From Oculina patagonica (lineage: Eukaryota), in NCBI RefSeq assembly GCF_052425735.1, contig NC_135759.1, positions 23,870,001-23,934,000 on the forward strand: 64,000 nt of DNA, given 5' to 3'. Position 1 is the stretch's first letter, and each line of letters opens with the position of its first letter. Of this stretch, positions 1 through 12,382 are shown piece after piece. A model generated the notes under the pieces. The model made no database searches and had not been told where the DNA came from. It saw only the letters and a program-made list of their open reading frames with translations. A program made the translations under genes and the position numbers.

Positions 1-888
1 TCTCTTCATCTCTTCTCTCTCGCATGGCTATAATCATGTTCAATTTTTCTCGCAAATTCTGCGTGAGCCCTCAGTTTGATTCAAATGCAATCAGCTTTTC
101 CATAGCTTGAGTGTTTGCGCACGGTGCGGATTTAGTGCAAGACCTTAAAACAAAGCTGTTTTAAATGTATGAAGCTAATGCTTTCGACCAGATGTTTTAA
201 CATCTTTTTAACTTTCAACGAAATGTTTTAAAACCCATCCATCCCTAAATGTTTTACACACTTTTCTATTACTTTCAAATGGGGGGGATCAATGTAAATT
301 GGCTCCCCAAAATTAATTTAATTTTTGCTGAACTAAAATGAATAAATAAAATACTTCCGAAAAAGGATTCAATGTATTGACACCTTCGGACGACGTCACT
401 AAATTAATTGAAGAACTTAAAGCAAGCAGGCGAAGTTTGTATATAACTATTTTAATGCATGTTTTATTTTATTTCAGTATAAGCCACTTTTTCGGCTTTC
501 AACCCATGCCATTTTTTCGGGCAAAAAGGTCTCCGCCCCCCAGGACCGAAGGTGCCCGTACGCCTATGGCTATTTACACTATAATCAAAACCGTTGTCTA
601 ATCCCAAATACTGAAACGAGTCTTGCCCCCTTACCCCCCCCCCCCCCCCCCCCTTTCGTAAAAAAAAAAAACAACAACACCCTACATTGAAAGCAATCAC
701 CTTGCACATCATCTTTCTTTTCCCTCATTTAACTTTTGCTAAGCTGTGCATAAGCATTAAACGTGCGGGCGAGAATTGAATAACGAAACACAGACATATT
801 GGATTGGTTGAATGTTTGAATGCTTTGTTTTATATACTTAAGAATAAGTAATTTATAAATTTATTTTCGATTTTTTTCCCCACATAAG

Positions 889-3800
889 GCTGTCACGTGG
901 GCACTATCATAACTATGCCATTATCAGGACTTTTAACAAAATATGGATTTGATGGGGGCTGGGCCTCAGTGTTTTACTGCTTTGGTGAGTGAAATTTCTT
1001 ACAGTAACTTGAGAGACTTCGAGTACAACAATCAATCAATTAGTCAGTCAGTCAATCAATCAATAAGTCAATCAATCAATTTCTAAAAATTACAAACTGT
1101 AAAGGTTTCGCGTGGACATTAGGATTCACTGCAATTTTTTCAGCCATCGCATCATTCACCAATGAAGCATATGTGCCTGTTATATTTAGACTTACTGAGG
1201 TACAAGCCTATGAATTCTTGTAGAACTGACTGACTGACTGAACAACGAACGAACGAATGAACGAACGAACGAACGAATGAATGAATGAATGAATTAATTA
1301 ATTTATTAATGAGGAAATTGTTGAATGATCATGACTTGAACATTGCAGTGTTTTAAATGAAAAATATTTAACAAATATCAAATGTTTAAGTTGTCATTAT
1401 TTTGAACGCATTGTTTGTTGTTGATTTGCTTTGTAGGTGCTGCTGGTATACTGTGGTTCGTTGCCTGGCAACTGATTGTTCATGAATCACCTTTCGATCA
1501 TCCCACCATATCAGAAGATGAGAAAAATTACATCGAAAGAAGCTTTGAAAAAGGAAATGTAAGAGAATCGCAGCTGGTTTTGAAAAGATTCCTTAGCTTA
1601 TAAAACGATAAAGACAATCTTAGGTTGAATGATCCGTGGCTTAAAAAGCAAGCGATATAACTCGTTTCACATTTTTAAAAGGTTGCGCATGGATGGCAGA
1701 ATTCCATTTTCTTGGTCATAGACTTATCAAAGACGTTCGCTTTTTGTTTACGGTTTGGCAGAATACATCACATCCTATAGCCATGACATTTAAAGGGCAG
1801 TTCATGGTATTTTACGTAATTCTTTTCTTTTTCGCTTTCTATTAAACTTCTGTTGTCAAAATCTCGGCCACCTAACAAACAAGGATGATTTTTGAGCATT
1901 AATTTAAACGACATCTTTTTTACAAGCTGTGTTTAGCATAAAAAAAGTCGAGCTAGCGCTTATCAAGTTCACCCTTATGCAGTCCATTTTAATTTTCTCC
2001 AATTTTGTCCATCAATGTGAATGTCGCTTACGCGCTTCTTGGCTTTCAGTGTCGGCTTGTGAGTTCTTCTACAGCATTAAGCATGTTGTGATATTTCAGT
2101 TGATTCAATGGCCAGCTGTTCAGTACTGAAATTTCCTTAACTTTCGTGACCCTTTAACTTTCTGTTGTCGTTTTAGGAAGATGCACCAATACCATGGAGG
2201 TCAATTCTGACGTCAGTACCCGTGTGGGGAATCATGTTTGGTAACCTGGCCTCGGACTGGGGTCTGTACACTATTCTAATCTGTCTCCCAATGTTCCTCC
2301 TTGATATTTTGCACTTCGATATACAAACGGTAGGTATAGTGCTTTTATTATTCTAAGAGGCATATTAATGCAAAAGTTTCTTTTATCCTTCAAGTGTGAA
2401 ATTAACACGGAAATAGTTTACTGGACAGTCATACATTCAGTACAGTACAGCAATTCGTCAGGAAAAATCTCATTGTATGTTGTATGACAACAATTTTCTC
2501 CTTTCTGATCAATTCTATTTTCTTATGAGCTTCGAGTAGAACTCACAGCGTTATAATGACAAAAATAAGAAACTATACAGTTATTTATCAGTTCAGATCA
2601 TTTGTCTCTGCCGTGTTGTACAACAACTTCAACTGGCGTTAGCTTGGAGAGGGAGGAATTCGTCTGGCCTTTTTGTCTAAACCTTTTTAATCAATAACAC
2701 CTTAAAAAATGGAAAGTTAGGCCTGAAGTTTGTTTCTGCAGCAGGTAACTTGCAAATAATAAATTTATTGTTAACTCACAGATGGGATTCCTTGCGGCCA
2801 CGCCTTTCTTGGTGAAATCTCTCTCAGGCCCCTTTGGTGGCATCACGGCCGATCTTTTACGAAGAAGGGGACTAAGTACCAAATCAGTTAGAAGATTATA
2901 CTTCGCTGTTGGTAAATGTTAACTACTTTTTGTCATTGCTGCTTCACCATATTTATTCTTATATTTTTTAAAAAAAAATACAAATACATTCACTTTAAAA
3001 ACAATATTGTTGTACAAAAGGGTAACGAAGTGGGTCTCTCTTGGTTGGTAGAATTTTTCCCGTACTTTGGTACTGACTAAAAAAATCGGTTCGTTTTCCT
3101 AGTACTGTAGTTAAGTTAAGCTCAGTGATTAAGAAGGTACATTATAAAATATCGGATTCGATTTCTTTCTCATCCTCATCCGACGTCGATGAGGTAAATA
3201 TCATCAGCGGCGTCCCTCTTGACAATCGGAACTCACGAAGTCAGCCAAGTGCTTCGTATTGAAAGTAGGCAGCTTTTTTTGACATGTTCCAATAGAAATA
3301 TTCTTCATCGCAAGCTGATTCCCCCAAGCTAGGCCCAGCAATGGCCTTCTCCCTGAAAGGTTACAGCTTTTATAAAACAGCGTGAAATTGGGAAACGATT
3401 GAAAAGAGATTTTGTCGTTTTGAATTTTTTTTTTTNNNNNNNNNNNNNNNNNNNNNNNNNNNNNNNNNNNNNNNNNNNNNNNNNNNNNNNNNNNNNNNNN
3501 NNNNNNNNNNNNNNNNNNNNNNNNNNNNNNNNNNNNNNNNNNNNNNNNNNNNNNNNNNNNNNNNNNNNNNNNNNNNNNNNNNNNNNNAGGAAGTCGCTTC
3601 TTAAACATCCGCTGGAGTTTTATTTTTTTATACTGAACAACTTCACCTTCATTTTAAATGTAGCGAGGTAAATAATTTACGCCGGACTAAATCGAAAACG
3701 TAGTGCAAATAAAGTTCTCCACCTTTTTTCATGATCAAGTGAAACGTTCCTTGTTCAGGACGCCGGGTGTTGCTATAAACAGTAAATAACTTTAGTTCAG

Positions 3801-6800
3801 TAAAGCAAATCTAACCAGAGGTCTAGCTGATTATGAGCGTGCTTGCTTGTAAGTGAAGGTCTTATCATCTGTCATGTCACCATGGACACAAAGAAAAATA
3901 GATTCGAAACCACTTAATCTCGCTTAGCAATTCAAATTTGCCCGTTTTATTAGAACATTGCATGTTTTTGTTACTCATCCACAATTTAAGTATTTTAGAC
4001 TGAGACCTTTGGAAATGCCAGCTAAGGAGAATGCAAGAGGAACATACATGCTTTTCAAGGAGAAAAACGTTCAATAAGTTATATAAACTTCCCTTTAAAT
4101 TATAAGTTCTAATTACCATGTAAAGTTCAAGACTAAAATAAACAACATAATTTACTCTTCAATACTTTAAGATATCCTTGCTAGTCTCGCTTCTTTTTGC
4201 TCCTTGATTAATTGCGCACGAGTTTGACTTTTGTTTATGAGCAAAAATAATCGTTTCTCGTAACCGTTGGCTGCATGTGAAGGTAAGTGAAACACTAAGC
4301 TAATTATCAACGTCGAATCAAATTTAGAAAGCTGACGTTCCGAGCATCAGCTCCTCGTTGGAGCAAGTTTACCGCGAAGAAGGGCTAGTTATCTTTTTTG
4401 GTATTGGTAACGTATGACGCTTGACTCGTAAACGGTCGCGAAGCTCGCTTAAAATGGTTATTTGTCATTTCAGAGATTTTTAACTTGTTACCAAAAAGGA
4501 AAGTTTTCTTATCGTAAAGCCCACTTTATTTCCAGTGAGAACTTGACTGAACGCCGAGTTTTCTTAAAGAGGACATCGTTAAGCCCGTTTTAGCTGGTTT
4601 TCAAGAGTCGAAATCGCACTCGTTGCCCAATTGCAAGGGTCACCGTTAAGTTTGGCTTCAAACTCTGGCATGCTCTCATTAACCCTCGCCAACTCTTATG
4701 GTTACTCTTATTTTATTTAAGCCTGCTCAAATTTTTTGTAAGTTTCAACGAGATTTTTCACTCGTTTATCTCGTCCCGTTTGGCTATACGCACGATTCAT
4801 AGTCGACGAGAGTTCAATACTGGCATGCTCTGTTTTTGTTAATGGCTAAATTAAAAAATATCGTCAACTTTAATTTCTGGGGCTCTCATTCTTCGTGGCC
4901 CGGAAAACACTAAAATCATTAACAATCTAGAGGATTAAAGAACCACCAAAATTCAACATTTCCTTAAAAATCGTTTTTTGCCCTGAATAGACTCTTACGA
5001 AGTTAGGGTTTCTGCAAGAGACCAATCGTGGCGTTTAAAATTCTACAAAAAAGCCTTACATAACAAGTATTCAGTGTTGACTGACAATACTTACCCAGAT
5101 GACGTGTATAAGCATAGAACGGCTGTTTTTCTAAGGAGCTTTTCACGCCCTTTCACTAAAATGAACGTATATTTTTTTGATAGTTTTTATGATGCCATAT
5201 CGCTTATATTCAAGCGAAAGGTAATCAAGCGAGATCTGCTGATGAAATTACTATCTCGAGGTTATGACTTCTTTACGTCCCTTTAAAAGTTTGCTTTCAA
5301 ATTAAGGAGTCAAAACAGCTGTGGTAACAGACTCGACGGCTTGTGTTTTCACAGCTTTTGCGCGAGTTTTCTTAAGTAAACTTCTTTTAAACAATCTTTT
5401 AGATACGAAAAAGTCATGAGAAAGTAAAAATTAGAATCAATTGTTGATACTCGCTGTTTTGATTCAAAGAAAAATAAATTGTAGAGAGATTGTTAATGAA
5501 GGTCAAAAACAACTATGGAAACGCTGTTTTGAGATCATGGGCAGTCATTGGATTTAATTAAAGCCGTTCTTTTCTAACGATTACATGAAATTAAAGCAAA
5601 ACAATTTTTAAGAGACCGTTCATTTTACTCATCTTAATTATTAAAGGTGGATTGTAACGGTTTAAACATTCACGTCTTTGACACTCTTTCGCAGCTTCAC
5701 CAATATTAATTATTGTTCAGAAAATTATCAAATTGTTTCGTTTGCCGATAGGACAAAAATATATTAAAAACAAAAGCTTTTACCAACTTATTTTAAAGTT
5801 ATTAACGCAATTCAAACAGTAATAAATAGGGTATTTAACCTCTTTTTACGTTGCCATAACAACAAAGTTTGATATCATTTGCATCGGATCCTGTTTATTG
5901 AAAATCGCTTTTAATAACTCGTCCTTCTGCCGCGATATCCAGCGTGCAATAAGAATGCTAAACTCGGGAAGATCTAAACTATTGTGAGCCACCCTAAGGT
6001 TGATATATAGGTTGTGGTGGTTAATTTAAAAACATCGCGCTTACAATTTTTTTGGCTAAGGATACCAATCACCCGTTACAAAGTGCTTATTTAGCGCTTA
6101 ACCGCAAAGTAAAGAGTAATGTAAATGTTTTAATGTAAAGGTAATATGGAGAGGGTCAAATCCTTAAATTTTTCGACATTAAAAATCCATAATAAGGTGC
6201 AAAACAACTACGAGGATCATTTTGTTTTACAATGTATCTGCAGTATTTCATTCATATTTTTATATCTTAATTAGTTATCATTTCATTGTTTCACGGAAGC
6301 ACTGTATCTAGGAGTTCTAACATCATGATATTATCAAAGACCCACTTGCCGGAAACCCAAATTATACCCATGTTGTGGCCCCACTGAATAAAATTAGTTA
6401 TACATGTCACTATCGAACAAAAAACCCGTAAAAATAGCAGGATAAAAATCCGTCAAATATAGAATGCTATTTGTAGAACAGCCGGGACCGCCGGATTTTC
6501 CTTTGACTAGACATCACTAATGTTCTAATATTAATTGATTAACATTTGTAGCAAACTTGTACGAAAGATGCACAGAGCACCTAACCCACCAGTCCCTCAC
6601 GTGTTTGTCGTCAAGACAACCGACCACCTTATTAGTCTCCCGTTGTATCAATTCTGTCGCTGTTTTTATACAAGACATAGTCAATCAAATCATGTTGACT
6701 GTTCATCTCGCAATTTTTTAATTTTTGTTAAATAATTTAATGGATTTCTTTATATAAAGGCAACGTTTTTTCCCAAGATTTACTAACATGTAACTCCAAT

Positions 6801-7995
6801 ATGGCAGACATCGTTTGAAAAATATCTGGCGAGGTCACTTGACAGCAAACTGTTGTCTCAAATGTGATTCTAAAGTTATATTCTATTCCCTTCACCAGGG
6901 GCCATGGGAGCTGGAACGTTTATCCTCGCTGCAGGTTACGCCAAGACTGCTACAGTGGCGGTGACGTGCATGTGTATCGGTGTAGCGGCCTCTGGACTGA
7001 TGCACTCTGGGTACAATGTCAATATGTTGGATATTGCTCCACGGTACGCATGCGTGATTATGGGACTAACTAACACTGTGGGAACAATAACTGGATTTCT
7101 TAGTCCCATGATGGTTGGATATATCACGGTTAATAAGGTAGGTATGGAACAACTGCGCACGCGATCAACGTAAGTGACGAGCACAGTCAACTTGTTTAGC
7201 TCGATATGCTACAAATATAATGTTCGTAATGTCATTCACAACGACGCTACAGAAATTCGTAGTATTAATCGAGTTGGAAGTCGATGTTGTTAGAAACGAA
7301 TTGATTTTTTCCGCGTTGATATTATTGTCTCAAGCACAAAAAGCAGGCGGCCGGGCCGTACTAAAGAATACGGTGCGTAAAATTCACCGATTACGGCACT
7401 CGCACTCGTCTGGGAGTCATAAAACATCTGTACATACCTCCATTGTACTTGTACTTGATTCTGATTTGTTTTTCTTTAATTCTTTTTATTCTTCTCTTAG
7501 TAAAGAAAGCAGGAAGAAATTTGCAAATTTGTGAAAGTTAATAACTGCAACCCTACGTGATACTCTTTAAGCTTGTAGTTCAATAATTAGAAAATGAAAT
7601 TGATTAATTAAAGGAGGTAAAAAAAGATTAACGGAGAAGTTATTGCAGTTGAAATCACAATAATCTTGATTAATTATAACTCACTGTACCCTTCATGTTT
7701 TATTTTCCAGGACATTCGCCTTTAATAGTTATGACCTTTCCTTCTACCCTGTATTTTTTGTTTAATTTTGGCATTATAGTGTTTAGTCTGGGTGATACAG
7801 TGACAACAGGTGTTTTCTCCTCTTTAGAAAGCTGAAGAGTGGCGCACAGTGTTTTGGGTAACATTTGTTATCTATGTGGTTGGAATGTTGCTCTTTTGCT
7901 TGCTGATGTCCGCTGACCAGCAGCCGTGGGCAAACGGCGGCACAGAAAGAAAGAGTGACGAGAGAGAAGAAGTACTCATGGAGGAACAAAGTTGA
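889..7995 (+). CDS. SLC17-family MFS anion transporter (sialin/VGLUT-like); 5' part lies upstream of the window
   Basis: Six phase-consistent GT-AG exons: 889-984, 1437-1558, 2177-2329, 2782-2911, 6899-7137, 7828-7995 (TGA). SLC17 motifs: GTIITMPLSGLL..GGWASVFY, ESPFDHPTISEDEKNYIE, IPWRSILTSVPVWGI, NVNMLDIAPRYACVIMGLTNTVGTITG, EWRTVF..SADQQPWA. AATAAA near 8150. Confidence 0.93.
1030..1300. repeat. Compound tetranucleotide microsatellites (TCAA/AGTC; ACTG/AACG/AATG) in an SLC17 intron
   Basis: Arrays visible at ~1030-1080 and ~1225-1300. Confidence 0.85.
3436..3587. other. Assembly gap (152 N)
   Basis: Run of N after a poly-T tract, inside the SLC17 intron 2912-6898. Confidence 0.99.
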
Positions 7996-9762
7996 CCATT
8001 AGGCTGACTGCAAACATTTCTTTACTTTATATAAATAATTTTAATAATAACATTACATGAAACAATAGTACTTTGCTAGTATTACAACCCATGATGACAA
8101 GTGGGCTATACTCAACCACACCTTTATGATATACTTGAAGATTTCAACAAATAAAAGTCTTTAAAATTTAACATGACGAGAGAGAAGACGAGACGATCGT
8201 GCCATAAATGGCGGCACCCTTGGTCTGGGCCAGAACATGTTTTGGTATAAAGTTATGGGAAGTTCAAAATGTAATGTTCACGGGGACCGAGACCACAACT
8301 CAAGGTCTGCTCAGGAGAGGAGTCAGTTGGCGAGATTCGACAGTGTTTAGTTTACTCACAAAAATAAGCCGATTTGTACAATATATATACGCTGCTCTTT
8401 CAGGCAGTTACGAAACTTTAAGTAGTACTTCATCGCGTTTGCACTAACTGGCGTTGAATCAGGTATTGATCCAAAATATCAGTTGCTAAAACTTAGAGAA
8501 GTCACTGCGGTTATTCAGGTTATTTTCCAGAAAAGCAACAGGTCTTGAAATGTTACGGGCTTTACAAAACCTTCACGTAATGATTCATCTAGTGTTTGTA
8601 CTGAACGTTCAATCGAGTACCAGCTCGAAAAATCAGTTACGAGAACAAATAAAATCACTGCGGTTTTTGACTCAAAGCAAAAATAAGTGTACAAAATTAT
8701 ATGTTTCGTTCAAGTTCTGAAAATAAGTCAGTGTTACTAATCAATGTTGCAATATTAGACATTGAAATGATTTTCTCTTGTTTTAAGCCGTTTATTCCAT
8801 GTTGTACTTTGTAATATTGAGAATTGTAATTAAAATAAAATATCCATCTCTTGAGTTTTCTTGGGATCATTATGTTACTGAATTGTTTATGAATATAAGC
8901 AGGATTTTGCTGATGGCTTGTTATAATATCACTTATCTAGCCGGTTCGCGATATTGTGGGCAATTTTAGAGTATTGCTTGTAATATTTTACAGCCTGTTA
9001 CTACAACAAATGCTATTATCAAGACAAAAAAAAATAAAATGCCACTATACAAATTATGCTGCTCATTATTGCAAGACTGGTTACCACGCCCTCTCGGTTT
9101 CCAAATTTAGTCAAACAACATGGCGTCGAACCAGCAAATCAACATGGAAATAAAACGGATAAAATACAGAAAAAAAAACTAAATCCTTTCAAAACAATAC
9201 GGACAATGTGTGTTAGAACAAAAGTCGAAGAATGGAAATGGCGTGGCGACGCTTCAAATCCCGAAAAGAAGTTGGAAAGGTGAGATAAGTTCGTTATATA
9301 TCAAGTCGCCTGGCTAAATTGTATTATTGATTTTTTTACAATTTATAATTCAGTAATACTGGTGTGCTCATGAGATTAAGAAATAATTTACTTCTGTCGT
9401 AATCATAAGAAATTTCGGTTTCATTTATAGGAATTTTGCCAAAACGTGCCTGAAATTATTTTCCAATTTCATTCAGCTCGGCGCTATTTAATTATCATAG
9501 CTCTCGAAATCTTGCTCAAAAGTTGATAGTCTCTTTATATATTTACAACCTGGGGCACTCCCCTCCCCAGGTTAGAGAGATTATAATTTTTAAAACTAAA
9601 GTTACTGTAGGATAATTGTAAATAACGCAATGAGTTAAATTTGATCAAATTGCCCTGAAAGGTACTTAGGTGCCTAAAAATTTAACGTTGAAAATAATAT
9701 TATTTTGAAACATGAACAATATGAGTGAACCCGAACAACAAACAAAGTAAAGCTGCTGCTTG

Positions 9763-11695
9763 CTAAAACGTTGTTCGAACAATGGCGCTATAATACGAAC
9801 AACTGATCGTCTCACGGAAATGCTCCTCGAAGTCCTCATTTGTGGCGTTATTTAACTCACAGAATAGTTTGTTTTTATCAGCACAAACATTGAAAGACCT
9901 GCAACGCAGGTCACGTGTGCACAACAGTCCACATTCTGTCACGCCATACACAGTCGTAGTCTTGATCACGTGGTCATGCAGAGAGGCGTAAGCGTGACCC
10001 TGCACCAGAAGGGAACGACCTGTGACATCTAGAAATAAGATAAAAGAAACACCTGATTGAAGAAAAGTCGAACCATGAAAAGCATAAACCATAAATGATG
10101 TTACCCAAATGTTTACTGGGAAATCGCAAAATACTATAAATCATCCTCTGTGACAGAACGAACATTATGATAAGACAGGTTGCAAAAATCATACTCTTAA
10201 AGTTCTCAAAGAAAGAAAATATGTTGATTATAAATAAATGGAATATTCCTAAGCTTACCAATACTGTCGGCAACCAGAATCCCAATTGGCCTTATCGTTC
10301 AGGGTATATACCCTTTATAGGATCAACGTTTGGTATCTCTATTCGGCTGCCCTGGTAGATATGTGTTTTATCCCAAGAAAGCTGTTCACGAACTATGACC
10401 TAGAAATTTTGACGTCAAGGAGCGAGACTACTATGTTTTGCCGGTGCTTAGGTACCTAAAACATTGAGTTACACATTCTGATTAAAGATTGAAACAAACG
10501 AAAAGAAATGATTTATTTTCACAACAAAAAGCATTGGTTTTTCTACATCAAAAAAAAATTCTTTGGTTCATACTTTGTTCGGTTCGTGATACCTTGAGGG
10601 CATATATTCCCAGCTCCACAGCTCTCTGTTCCTGTTTCTTGTAAGTAGTCTGGCGGAAGATTATCTGAAGGACAAAGCTTCTCGCGATGTCTTACCCCGC
10701 GGTCACATGTGACTGAGCATGCGCTCCATGGTCCCCATTTTAGATCTATCTCTACAACACAAAAAATAAATGACAATGCCAGAATGAATCTAGAAACCAG
10801 TCACTTGGCGAGTTTAAAAGGGGGAGTGTGTAGCTCTTATCATAAAAAGCGCAGTGCGTAAACCTCTGGATGTGAAATTAAAAGTCAAGGCACTCGAATT
10901 TATTTTGAAATGAAAGTACTCGAATTCATTTTAACAGAAGTGTGGTGAAAATTTTTTAGCAGTTGCCAGCGAAATCAATACTTAATTAATATATCGTCAA
11001 TGTTTAGAGTTTAACTGTACAATTACGTTAGACGCCTCCTTTCAAACTTGACCTTGCACGCGAAAATTTATGAAACAATATTCTGCATTGAATCAAAAAG
11101 AAAAATCAATTTAATAATCACCGACGTTGTTGTCCGCAAGAAATAGCAGATATTCAGTGAGCAAAAGGTGTTCAGCAGATGTAATTAGAGATTTCTATGC
11201 TACCTTCCATAATTGTTCTTTTTTTATGTTAGTCAAATAATTATTTTGTTCGTGCATTAATTCTTCTGCTATAATTTATTTTAAAAAAATTCCGTAAACC
11301 ATTCGCAAGGCTTGAAAAAGCGAATTGATACGACATGCCTTATAAATTCTCCACTTGACAATTGTAGCTTGCTGATTTTTTTGACGAGATGCATGTAAGT
11401 CGGTTTCCAATTTAACAACAACAACTGCGAATAAACGATCCATCGAACAAGTTTGGTCTGGGGCAAAATCTCCCTAAAATATAATTCTGGTTTTCAGTCG
11501 AAGAAATGTTGTACATGAACCTACATGTAGATTGCAAAAAAAAAAAAAATCAAAATAATCGAAGTACATATAAAGATCGTAGAGAGATTCAATAAACGCA
11601 TTACCATGGCACGGGGGATCACTGGCTTGCACACTCGTGATGAAGATGTGAATGGCTCCCACATAAAGGACAAGCATTGTTACTAGTGCCAACAT
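9763..11695 (-). CDS. Small secreted TSP1(TSR)-PAN/Apple protein, ~171 aa (TSR-PAN gene A)
   Basis: Exons 11695-11605 (signal peptide MLALVTMLVLYVGAIHIFITSVQA), 10751-10593 (WGPWSACSVTCDRGVRHR, TSR) and 10028-9763 (SLHDHVIKT..ECGLLCTRDLRCRSFN..CELNNA..YYS, PAN). Phase-1 introns; total 516 nt. Confidence 0.88.
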
Positions 11696-12047
11696 TTAGC
11701 AAATGTAAGCGTAGGTTTATCTCAGATCAGAGATCAACTTCAAGTTCTCCTTCACACTAAGATCTAAGGAAATCAGTGCTTTTTTTTGACCTGTCAGTCT
11801 GCTATTGTCTTATCTCGACGGTTAATTAATTGCTTCCTAACGTCTAACTGAGTGAATGGTCTCCGGAGATAGGTTCCCAAAACAAGAGTAGGAAAAAAGT
11901 CCGCTAATGAATAGAATATGCTAATTTGCTGATTTAAAATCAAATTCAAAATCAATAAGAATAAATGACTTATATAGCAATTATAATTAGGGATCTGTTG
12001 TACATCTAGTTTAAAGGCTTTATAAAGTAAAGAAATGATCCTCACAG

Positions 12048-12200
12048 TGAAATTGCAATTAACGAAACTGCAAAGAAAGAAGCCTAAAAAATATTTAGGG
12101 TTTCAACGAATTTTAAACTCGTGACCTCCGCGATACCGGTGCGATGCTCTACTATCTGAGCTATATATATGAAGCCATACATTGGGAGCAAGGTCAATTC
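12048..12200 (-). mobile_element. tRNA-derived SINE-like fragment
   Basis: Minus strand reads TAGCTCAGATAGTAGAGCATCGCACCGGTATCGCGGAGGTCACGAGTTTAAAA: an A-box-like motif and a degenerate B-box, with no closable acceptor stem. Confidence 0.6.
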
Positions 12201-12267
12201 AGCTGTCAATTGAGAGTTCTTATTTCTTAGTAGGCTTTGTGATAAGCAAAAGCCTACCCAGAATAAG

Positions 12268-12382
12268 ATAGCCTGTTCCAGGCGTTCGGTTAGTTGTCTC
12301 GCCATTTTTTCCACTCGTCGTTTTTCGTGCAAATCCGTCCCGTTTTCCGCGCTGTACCCCAACTAACTGAACGCCTAGAAAG
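12268..12382. mobile_element. Short palindromic MITE-like element
   Basis: TTCCAGGCGTTCGGTTAGTTG ... CAACTAACTGAACGCCTAGAA imperfect inverted repeats. Confidence 0.55.

Noticed and set aside
4330-4390. Penelope-associated minimal hammerhead ribozyme-like motif on the minus strand
   Set aside because: Core is mutated (CCAACGA for CTGANGA, GGAA for GAAA); at most an inactive relic.
10259-10398. Extra exon-like segment (acceptor and GTAAGC donor) in a gene A intron
   Set aside because: Stop codons in the frame required by the flanking phase-1 exons, so it is not supportable as coding.
12110-12170. tRNA gene
   Set aside because: T-arm/B-box is degenerate and there is no acceptor stem; it sits in a SINE-like repeat.
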